Below, piece after piece: positions 48,676 to 56,047 of a stretch of 64,000 bases of DNA. Source of the DNA: Verrucomicrobiia bacterium (lineage in GTDB: Bacteria; Verrucomicrobiota; Verrucomicrobiia; Limisphaerales; Palsa-1400). The position numbers were made by a program, and so were the translations under genes. Positions within the stretch are counted from its first letter, which is position 1; each line of letters begins with the position of its first letter. The notes beneath the pieces are model-generated. The model searched no databases. It worked only from the letters and a program-made list of their open reading frames with translations, and had not been told where the DNA came from. The stretch covers positions 25,683 to 89,682 of the forward strand of contig DASXZW010000046.1 of assembly GCA_036501665.1 (NCBI GenBank), written 5' to 3'.

Positions 48676-48677
48676 AC

Positions 48678-49052
48678 TTACTCCTCCTCGTATGTGTGAA
48701 GTTTTGGGTCTCTTTCAAACTTCTGCTTTCTTTGGATGGCTTTTGCGATTTCCTTGGTCGGCACTTCCGCCTCCTTGATTAAACCGTGCGATACAACGGC
48801 GGCTGTCCTTCCGTGGAAAAAATATAAAATCCGATAGTTCAAATGTTGCAGCCCGATGCGGAGCTCATAAATGCCGTCTCGCAAAAAATCCGCTTCCGGG
48901 CGTCTGAGATCGTGACCCGCCTCCTTTAGTCTTTCGATCCTCACTCTGCATTTGTCGAGGGCCTTTGGCTGCAATGTGTCCAGCCATTCGAGAATGGGAA
49001 CGGAGCCGTCATCTTCTCGATAAAAGACGACATCAATTTGCGGCACTGACAC
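48678..49052 (-). CDS. type II toxin, RelE/ParE superfamily (phage Gp49 / HigB-like)
   Basis: VVFYREDDGSVPILEWLDTL..RIERLKEAGHDLRRPEADFLRDGIYELRIGLQHLNYRILYFFHGRTAAVVSHGLIK matches the Gp49-type toxin pattern. Toxin-first order as in higBA. GTG start. Confidence 0.85.
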   Translation of the reverse strand: MSVPQIDVVFYREDDGSVPILEWLDTLQPKALDKCRVRIERLKEAGHDLRRPEADFLRDGIYELRIGLQHLNYRILYFFHGRTAAVVSHGLIKEAEVPTKEIAKAIQRKQKFERDPKLHTYEEE

Positions 49053-49074
49053 CCTTTCTCATCAGATTCAAATG

Positions 49075-49090
49075 TTCGCAATTTTGCGAA
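49075..49090 (-). promoter_or_regulatory. candidate higBA operator (7-bp inverted repeat)
   Basis: TTCGCAA-tt-TTGCGAA, 23-38 nt upstream of the toxin start codon. Confidence 0.4.
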
Positions 49091-49130
49091 GTTTGTCAAG
49101 GTAAGATTCGTGGCCAGCGAACTCCAAAAC

Positions 49131-50237
49131 TCAGTGATGCGTTAAAAGGATGAGCAACCCTGCCGCTGCCAATGCCCCCAGCACGGCCAGTGTGATTTTC
49201 ACCCAGCTCAACGGATGTTTTCCCGCGATGACGCCGGTGTAGCCATTGATGACAACCTGGTAGTTTTGCGCGCCGTAATTGTAGGTCAACAGCCAGATCG
49301 GCACGAGGATGTGCTTGAACGTCTGGCCGCAAAAATCCGCCTGCACCTGAAGGTTTCGGTGAGTGTCGCCGGGCACTTGATCGCCGCAAAGATGCTGTAA
49401 TTCCGACTCCATTTTTCCGCGCGCTTCGCGAGCGGCGTTTACGAGGTCGATCTGGTAACGCTCGACAACCCAACCCGAAAGGTAGCCCGCGTTGTAAGGA
49501 ACCAAATCGCTCGTTGTCGGGAACGGCTCGATTTTTCGCAGCATTTCCATCTGCACCCCGCGTGATGCCGGAACCAGTTCGTCGTCAAAAAAATGATCCA
49601 GCATGCCGCTCGACGGTTCCCACCGGATTTTTTGCACCTCGCGCGTTTGGGTGTTGCCGTTGGCGTCGCGGAATTGCTCAGTTTCAACGTAATAATATCC
49701 GCTCTCCGCCGTCCATTCCGCGTGAGTCTGCGCGTCGAATGTCCAGTAAGGGATGTAAAGCCCCTTGACGGTGTCGGTCAGAGCGGCGTCTTTGAGTTTG
49801 TTCGGCGCGAACCATCGGTTGCCGTACCATTTCCGAATTGAATCGCGCACGTTCGATTCGGCCAGCTTCATCGGCAGCAAACTCTCCGGACGAAATGCGT
49901 CCTTCGTTTCCTCGTAAGGCACGAGCGCGCTCGAACCGCAAAAATCGCATCGCTGCGCAACTCGCTCCGGGTCGAACACCGAAATGGCCTGGCAACTCTG
50001 GCACTTGACGGAGATTTTTTTCGCCTGCCAACCGCGCTGGTCATCGGGAATGCCGCGCAACGCCGCGACGAGATCATGCTCGACAATTATTTCCTGCCCC
50101 GCCTCGTTCAATTCCATTTGCGCTGGAGAAGTCGTGCCGCAAAACGGGCAAATGATCAACTTCTTGGCGGGGTTCCATTGCGCCTCGCCGCCGCACGAGG
50201 GGCACGAGAACTTCTTTTGCGCTGTGACTTCGGACAT
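49131..50237 (-). CDS. zinc-ribbon membrane-anchored protein, YdjG-like
   Basis: Two CxxC..CxxC ribbons (CPSCGG..CPFCG and CQSCQA..CDFCGS), a large soluble domain and a C-terminal TM (ITLAVLGALAAAGLLILL). Lies 21 nt downstream of an SPFH gene, as ydjG lies near ydjI in Bacillus (recollection). Confidence 0.8.
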   Translation of the reverse strand: MSEVTAQKKFSCPSCGGEAQWNPAKKLIICPFCGTTSPAQMELNEAGQEIIVEHDLVAALRGIPDDQRGWQAKKISVKCQSCQAISVFDPERVAQRCDFCGSSALVPYEETKDAFRPESLLPMKLAESNVRDSIRKWYGNRWFAPNKLKDAALTDTVKGLYIPYWTFDAQTHAEWTAESGYYYVETEQFRDANGNTQTREVQKIRWEPSSGMLDHFFDDELVPASRGVQMEMLRKIEPFPTTSDLVPYNAGYLSGWVVERYQIDLVNAAREARGKMESELQHLCGDQVPGDTHRNLQVQADFCGQTFKHILVPIWLLTYNYGAQNYQVVINGYTGVIAGKHPLSWVKITLAVLGALAAAGLLILLTHH

Positions 50238-50258
50238 CGCGTTGAGGGGATTATCGGG

Positions 50259-51344
50259 TTAGCTCTTCAAATAATCGTCCAACGCCGGTTTGCTGATGCG
50301 CCAGGCTGAACCGATTTTTTTGCCCTTGAGTTCGCCCTTTTCGAGCGTCGCAAGCACATCGGCCTCGCTGACACCCAAAGTCTGTGCGACTTCGCCGGGA
50401 CTCATCAATTGAACGCCGCCAGTCGCTCCTGCTCCACCGCCGCCACCGCCGCCCGGAGGAGCAATCACCGGAGGCGCGCTCTGGCCAGTATTCAACGCTG
50501 CGGCCAATTGCTGCCCCATCGCCAGTCCCGCGCCCAATTGCGCGGCGGAATTTGCCAAACCGCCTCCGCCTCCGTCGCCTTTGCCAATCGACTGCGCCAT
50601 TTGAAACTTTACGTAGTCATTCAAGTTGCCCACCGCAGCCATGCTGCTCCGCTTGTCGATGGCCTGTTCCACTTCGGGCGGCACCGAGACATTCTCGACG
50701 ACGAAGTTGGAAAATTGAATTCCGTATTGACTCGACACAGCGGGATTGATCGCCGGCAAAAGCGCCGCGCCAAGTTCCTGATAGCGCGAAGCAACATCGA
50801 GCACGGGCAATTTAGCTGCTGCCAGAGCTTCGGTAAACACACTGACAATCCGCGAACGCATCGTGTCGGCAAATTCCTCAAGCCGGAAATGATCGTCCGT
50901 GCCGGCGACTTCCTTGAGAAAGAGTTTTACGTCGGTGACATGAAAATCAAATATTCCGTAGGCGCGCGCCCGGACCACGCCGAAATCCGCGTCGCGGAGC
51001 ATGATGGGATTTGCCGTGCCCCACTTGTTTCCGGTGAAAAGCCGAGTATTGACAAAATAGACGTCGGCCTTGAAAGGGGAATGAAGCCCGTACTTCCAGC
51101 CTTTAAGCGTGGAAAGAATGGGAATGTTGTCGGTCGTCAACGTGTGTTTGCCGGGGCCGAACGAATCGCCGAATTGTCCCAGGTAAACGAACTGGGCCAC
51201 CTGGGATTCGCGCACGATCAACTGGGCGCCGTTCTTGATTTCCTTGTCCATGTCCGGGTAGCGGAAGGAAATGGTGTCGCGGGAATCATCCTGCCACTCG
51301 ATGATTTCGAGAAACTGAGTTTTTAGGTAATCCATTAGGCTCAT
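50259..51344 (-). CDS. SPFH/Band-7 (YdjI-like) protein fused to a C-terminal excisionase-type HTH
   Basis: MSLMDYLKTQFLEIIEWQD..LIVRESQVAQFVYLGQ..FKADVYFVNTRLFTGNKWGT is the YdjI-type SPFH start. Gly-rich linker (GGGGG..GGGGGGG), then LMSPGEVAQTLGVSEADVLATLEKGELKGKKIGSAWRISKPALDDYL (HTH_17-like). Confidence 0.85.
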   Translation of the reverse strand: MSLMDYLKTQFLEIIEWQDDSRDTISFRYPDMDKEIKNGAQLIVRESQVAQFVYLGQFGDSFGPGKHTLTTDNIPILSTLKGWKYGLHSPFKADVYFVNTRLFTGNKWGTANPIMLRDADFGVVRARAYGIFDFHVTDVKLFLKEVAGTDDHFRLEEFADTMRSRIVSVFTEALAAAKLPVLDVASRYQELGAALLPAINPAVSSQYGIQFSNFVVENVSVPPEVEQAIDKRSSMAAVGNLNDYVKFQMAQSIGKGDGGGGGLANSAAQLGAGLAMGQQLAAALNTGQSAPPVIAPPGGGGGGGAGATGGVQLMSPGEVAQTLGVSEADVLATLEKGELKGKKIGSAWRISKPALDDYLKS

Positions 51345-51479
51345 AGTAATCTCTTTCGTTTCGTTGACTGGATATTCGTCCAAAGTCGGGAAAGTGTGAA
51401 CTACAAATTTCGTCCGATTTTATACAGGCCGGTCGATAAAGATTGGGCTTCTGCTACAGCTCAACGTTTTCGATCGGTA

Positions 51480-51971
51480 TCACTCTTCAATGGCAGATAA
51501 TTGAACGTATAATAATTCAACAGACTTTTGCAACTCATGAAGCGGATAATCCTCACCATAGAATTTGAAAACGTCTCCGTCCAACGCACGTAAAAATGCT
51601 TTGGTCGGAAAGCCTTTGGCACCTGTAATAATGTTCATATCGAAAAAGGCATTCCTGTCGAAATCTGCAACCCATTTATCGAGACGTTCATCGAAGTGTT
51701 CAAGGTGATTTCGAAGCCGCCTGAACGACTTCAGATCAACTTCGGACAAATTGGCATGAGCGGCTAAGAGCGAAGCTCGCGGACTGTTTGGCTTCGGGTC
51801 TAACAGCTTATCCACATTAGCTACATGAAGAATGAAATGGTGTAGATTGTAAAAAACACTCGGAGCGTCACCGGAAGCTCGCGCATTCTGGAATTCCGTG
51901 AAACTTCGTTTTGCAAACTCAAGTTGAGTAAGAGCTTCGCGGATATAAATGCGCCAGTTATCCATTGTCAT
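51480..51971 (-). CDS. hypothetical alpha-helical protein with HEPN-like R-x4-H motif
   Basis: 163 aa, very AT-rich ORF. FRRLRNHLEHFDERL contains R-N-x3-H as in HEPN RNase active sites. No partner antitoxin evident. Confidence 0.55.
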   Translation of the reverse strand: MTMDNWRIYIREALTQLEFAKRSFTEFQNARASGDAPSVFYNLHHFILHVANVDKLLDPKPNSPRASLLAAHANLSEVDLKSFRRLRNHLEHFDERLDKWVADFDRNAFFDMNIITGAKGFPTKAFLRALDGDVFKFYGEDYPLHELQKSVELLYVQLSAIEE

Positions 51972-51998
51972 TGGTTTGGTGCAAAAAATGACAATTGA

Positions 51999-52223
51999 CT
52001 ACCCACCGAAAACCCTGCGCCACCACGACTTGCGTTGTAGCGGCAACTCCGCTACGGACTTGTTCAATCGTCTGGCAATCTCCGGCGGGACCGGCGTCCG
52101 CGCGGCGTCGTGACGCAGTAATTCCTCTGCGTTTTCAAAGCGCAACTCACGCGTCGAGGCCAGTTGTGTTTCAGCGGAAAGTTCCTGCTTTTGACCGGTC
52201 GAAAGTTTGGATTGTTGTTTCAT
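51999..52223 (-). CDS. small protein co-transcribed with the ECF sigma factor (putative cognate partner)
   Basis: ATG 52223 lies 7 nt after the sigma-factor stop. 74 aa, MKQQSKLSTGQKQEL..RFENAEELLRHDAARTPVPPEIARRL. No TM and no HxxxCxxC motif. Confidence 0.5.
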   Translation of the reverse strand: MKQQSKLSTGQKQELSAETQLASTRELRFENAEELLRHDAARTPVPPEIARRLNKSVAELPLQRKSWWRRVFGG

Positions 52224-52230
52224 CTTGACG

Positions 52231-52788
52231 TCACTCCGATTTTGAGAACAGCGCCGCAAAGGCTTTTCGGGCGCGATGCAATTTGCCGCGAACCGCATCC
52301 GGTGTTTGTTCGGTCAGCGCGCCGATTTGTTCATAGCTCAATTCCTGATCGCTGACGAGAAGCAGCAACAGGCGATACTCCGGCTGCAATTGGTCCAGCG
52401 TCTTTTGAATTCGTGCGCCGAGTTCCTTCGTTTCAAGAATGCGCAACGGAGATTCGCCGCCAACAGCATTGTCCCAGACCGGACTGTCGCTGCTCGGAAA
52501 CATATGCCGCTCGTTCCACGTCCGCTGAAGATTGCGGCAATGATTGATGGCGATGCGATAAAGCCAGGTCCTCGCCGATGCCTCGCCGCGAAATTGCTCC
52601 CCTTTGCGCAGCGCCTTGAGAAAAACATCGTGCGTCGCGTCCTGGGCTTTTTGCGCGTCGCCCAAAAATCGCAGGGCAAGATAGTAAATCGCGCGGCTGT
52701 GGGCCGTGTAAAGACCGCGCAACTCCTCCGAGTCAATATGGACTTCGGGCGTTGCGGGTTTTTCGGGCGCTTCGCGAACTTCGCTCAT
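52231..52788 (-). CDS. RNA polymerase ECF-type sigma-70 factor
   Basis: Region 2 (AQDATHDVFLKAL..WLYRIAINHCRN) and region 4 (LLLLVSDQELSYEQIGALTEQTPDAVRGKLHRARK). ATG 52788 preferred over GTG 52806. Confidence 0.9.
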   Translation of the reverse strand: MSEVREAPEKPATPEVHIDSEELRGLYTAHSRAIYYLALRFLGDAQKAQDATHDVFLKALRKGEQFRGEASARTWLYRIAINHCRNLQRTWNERHMFPSSDSPVWDNAVGGESPLRILETKELGARIQKTLDQLQPEYRLLLLLVSDQELSYEQIGALTEQTPDAVRGKLHRARKAFAALFSKSE

Positions 52789-52844
52789 GAGCGTGAGTGG
52801 TTCCACAGTTCATTAGAGCGCCCGCGCCCGAAAACGTCACGCGC

Positions 52845-54161
52845 TCACATGTGCGAAATAATATTGTCGCCGAACTCCGAACACTTGATTTCCACGCCGC
52901 CGGGCATCATTCGGGCGAAATCGTAAGTGACGCGCTTGGAGGCAATCGCGCCGTTGATTCCTTTGAGAATCAAATCCGCCGCTTCAACCCATCCCAAGTG
53001 CCGAAGCATCATTTCGCCGCTCAACACAACACTGCCGGGGTTGACGCGGTCCTGGTTCGCATATTTAGGGGCCGTGCCGTGCGTGGCTTCAAATATCGCG
53101 TGGCCCGTGATGTAATTGATGTTTCCTCCCGGCGCGATGCCAATTCCGCCGACCTGCGCCGCCAGAGCATCGCTGAGATAATCCCCATTGAGGTTCAACG
53201 TCGCGATAACATCGAAATCCTCAGGTCTTGTGAGCACTTGTTGTAAGGCAATGTCGGCAATCGCATCCTTGATGACGAGGCCCGCGCCTGGTTTGCCTTC
53301 GGGTATTTTGCACCAGGGGCCGCCGTCGATTTCGACCGCGCCAAAATGTTCCTTGGCCGTCTGATACCCCCAGTCGCGGAACGCGCCTTCCGTGAACTTC
53401 ATGATGTTTCCCTTGTGAACCAGCGTCACGCTCTTGCGCTTGAACTTGATGGCGTAGGCGAGCGCGCTGTGAATCAAACGCACCGAACCGCTGTAGCTGA
53501 CCGGCTTGATTCCGATGCCAACACGAACATCCGTCGGAAAATCCTTTGCGCCGACCGCCGTCCAAAATTGTTCCGCCTTCTCCTTCGTCCCGAAACGAAT
53601 TTTGCTGAACGCCTTTGGAAATTCCTTCTCGATAAACCCAAGACACTTTGCCGCTTCCGGCGTTCCGGCGGCGTATTCGATTCCCGCGTAAATGTCCTCG
53701 GTGTTCTCGCGGAAAATGACCATCTCCACTTTCTCCGGGTGTTTGACTGGGCTTGGGACGCCTTGAAAATATTGCACCGGGCGAAGACAGACATACAGAT
53801 CAAGCTGTTGCCGCAATTCAACATTCAGCGAACGAATCCCGCCGCCAACCGGCGTCGTCAACGGCCCCTTAATGCCAACAAGAAATTCCCGGAAAGCCGT
53901 CAGCGTGTCCTCGGGCAGCCATGTGTTGAATCGCTTGAAAGAGACCTCGCCGGCGAAAACCTCGAACCAGGAGATTTTGCGCTTTCCGCCGTAAGCCTTT
54001 TTGACAGCGGCGTCGAAAACCTTTTCGCTTGCCGCCCAAATATCCGGCCCGGTGCCGTCGCCGCGGATGAACGGGATGATGGGGTTTTCGGGAACGTTGA
54101 GTTTGCCTTGGGCGATGCTGATTTTGCCCCCAGCCGGAGGAGTGATGTCTTTGTAAGCCAT
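52845..54161 (-). CDS. icd: NADP-dependent isocitrate dehydrogenase
   Basis: [74 protein letters not shown] is canonical Icd. The 54299 start adds a non-homologous extension and is rejected. Confidence 0.95.
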   Translation of the reverse strand: MAYKDITPPAGGKISIAQGKLNVPENPIIPFIRGDGTGPDIWAASEKVFDAAVKKAYGGKRKISWFEVFAGEVSFKRFNTWLPEDTLTAFREFLVGIKGPLTTPVGGGIRSLNVELRQQLDLYVCLRPVQYFQGVPSPVKHPEKVEMVIFRENTEDIYAGIEYAAGTPEAAKCLGFIEKEFPKAFSKIRFGTKEKAEQFWTAVGAKDFPTDVRVGIGIKPVSYSGSVRLIHSALAYAIKFKRKSVTLVHKGNIMKFTEGAFRDWGYQTAKEHFGAVEIDGGPWCKIPEGKPGAGLVIKDAIADIALQQVLTRPEDFDVIATLNLNGDYLSDALAAQVGGIGIAPGGNINYITGHAIFEATHGTAPKYANQDRVNPGSVVLSGEMMLRHLGWVEAADLILKGINGAIASKRVTYDFARMMPGGVEIKCSEFGDNIISHM

Positions 54162-54360
54162 GTCAGATTCAATTTTAAAAAAACCGCGTCCACAAATAAA
54201 CCGTGCGCCGGAGAAAGCAAGGAGAGAACGCATGTTCAAATGGCCGAACACATCAAAAGTTGGGTGCTCACCGCAACTTTTGCCGCAACAGCACCCCATT
54301 GATTAACTTGACAGGTGTGTTTGATTTACAGCGGAGATTCTCAAAGGAGGGAGTCTCGAA

Positions 54361-54639
54361 ATGGAGGGAACTATGACTGAATCGAAATTCAGCAGCGGGT
54401 CGGGAAAACCAGAAGAGTCGCGATTGGACGACTACGATTTTCGCCGCCATTTACGCCAGACGGTGATTCTTCTCGGAGGAAAAAATAAAATCGCCGATCT
54501 CCTCACAAAGTCACAGGACTTTCATGTTTCGCATGGAGACGTTGAGGATCTGAAGAGATACAACATGGAGCTGATCGACGAGCTCAAATCCCGCCTGTCA
54601 AACATCAACAAAGTAAGAATCCGCCCGAAGTCAAAGTGA
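54361..54639 (+). CDS. hypothetical protein
   Basis: 92-aa ORF, charged and helical, no family recognised. Its 3' end overlaps the convergent 54631-54975 gene by 9 nt. Confidence 0.3.
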   Translation: MEGTMTESKFSSGSGKPEESRLDDYDFRRHLRQTVILLGGKNKIADLLTKSQDFHVSHGDVEDLKRYNMELIDELKSRLSNINKVRIRPKSK

Positions 54640-54975
54640 AAGCTTCGCGCAGGTCAAACTCGTGTCCGCCGGAACCAAAGTATATGCCTCAGCGACGATC
54701 AGTTCTCCCATGGCGCGACTGTGTAATTGACACAGAGGCCCGACGAACCAGCCATGATCGTGGTCTTCAACTTTTTGAAAGAGTGTGCCCACGAGGTCTT
54801 TGTTCAAACATCCGTCAACCGGGCAATAAGTGATTCTGTGCCCGCTGGATTTTTCCCAATGCTTTAGCCACGATCCGCACTTGCACGTGCTTTGAGCATG
54901 TTTGTCGATATTCTTGACTTTCACAGTTCCGCCACGATAGGGCCTGGGCGGCAAAATTATTTGCACTTGACTCAT
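54631..54975 (-). CDS. small Cys/His-rich protein, HNH-like zinc-finger pattern
   Basis: CKCGSWLKHW..YCPVDGC..LVGTLFQKV..WFVGPLCQLHS resembles a small-protein family with CxCGSW..HW / CxxxxC / GAHV / PLCxxHN (recollection). Here the GAHV position reads GTLF. Confidence 0.45.
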   Translation of the reverse strand: MSQVQIILPPRPYRGGTVKVKNIDKHAQSTCKCGSWLKHWEKSSGHRITYCPVDGCLNKDLVGTLFQKVEDHDHGWFVGPLCQLHSRAMGELIVAEAYTLVPADTSLTCAKLSL

Positions 54976-55111
54976 TGAAACGCCTTTTTTAGCTCCGTGC
55001 AGTTTGCGCTAAAATGACAACTTATGAAATAGGGCAAACACCGCCGTCGGTAATAGGGGAATCCATGTAAATATGCCCATTTCGGCAAATGAAAAACTAT
55101 GGAAGGTGGGA

Positions 55112-56047
55112 TCATCCTTCGTTGTTCAGAGATTTTCTAAATACCACTATGGTGTTGTCAGCTAAATTGCACTTTCCAAGCAAAGCTTCCACGACTCCCA
55201 AAGCCAGCTTCACCGGACGAAGAAGAGCGCTTTGTTTGTAACCGGTTGTTCGCTTGAGAAGCCTGGCTCGGTCTTCGTCGGTTACTGGAACACCTTTTCT
55301 GCGCCAATCCTGCAGAATGACCAGCGGATTGAAGTGACTCGAGTTGGCGTACTCGAATTGAAGATTCGTTTCTTGGGAGATGAAGCGAGTCAGAGTTTTC
55401 AGATTAAAATAATTGACATGTTGCGGGAGAATATAACGGTATTTGTAACCCAGGCAGCGCGTCGCCAGAGACTGAAAATTGGGAACCAGTATGAAACATC
55501 GGCCGCCGGGCTTTAACAAAGCCGCTGTCAAACGCAAAAATGATTTTGGGTCAGGTATATGTTCCAACACTGCCCAAAAGGTAATGGCGTCGAATCGCTT
55601 GCTCTTGGAATCAAGTTCCAGAAACGACTCTCTTATGACGGGAACCCTTTTGGATTCCGCATAATCCAGCGCCGGGCCGGCGACATCAATCCCCGCAACA
55701 CGATAGTTCGATCCAAAATCCTGAATCAGGCGAAACAAAAAAGCCCCGTTCGAACATCCGACATCGAGAACATCACCGGACGCGCAAAATCGGCGAAACA
55801 ATTTTATTTCCCGGGCGAAGCGGACCGGCGCGTAATCGCTCTCCAATTTGTTCGGCGACAGGTAAAACGGCGACGCTAATTGATCGTAGAATTGGCCCGT
55901 GATCAGCGATTCTTCAATCGGGCTGGCATAGACCATTGAACAGTCACCGCAACGAACCAACTGCAAGGCGCCCTTTTTTAAAACATCCGCGCGCGCATCA
56001 CTCGCGCAAACCGGACAGGCGCGCGGAATAAGCCGGGAATCCATCAT
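55112..56047 (-). CDS. class I SAM-dependent methyltransferase with N-terminal zinc ribbon
   Basis: CPVCAS..CGDCSMVY ribbon. SAM motif I VLDVGCSNGAFL, post-I GIDVAG, motif II/III FDAITFWAVLEHIPDP..LKPGGRCFILVPN. ATG 56047 overlaps the peptidase stop (ATGA). Confidence 0.85.
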   Translation of the reverse strand: MMDSRLIPRACPVCASDARADVLKKGALQLVRCGDCSMVYASPIEESLITGQFYDQLASPFYLSPNKLESDYAPVRFAREIKLFRRFCASGDVLDVGCSNGAFLFRLIQDFGSNYRVAGIDVAGPALDYAESKRVPVIRESFLELDSKSKRFDAITFWAVLEHIPDPKSFLRLTAALLKPGGRCFILVPNFQSLATRCLGYKYRYILPQHVNYFNLKTLTRFISQETNLQFEYANSSHFNPLVILQDWRRKGVPVTDEDRARLLKRTTGYKQSALLRPVKLALGVVEALLGKCNLADNTIVVFRKSLNNEG

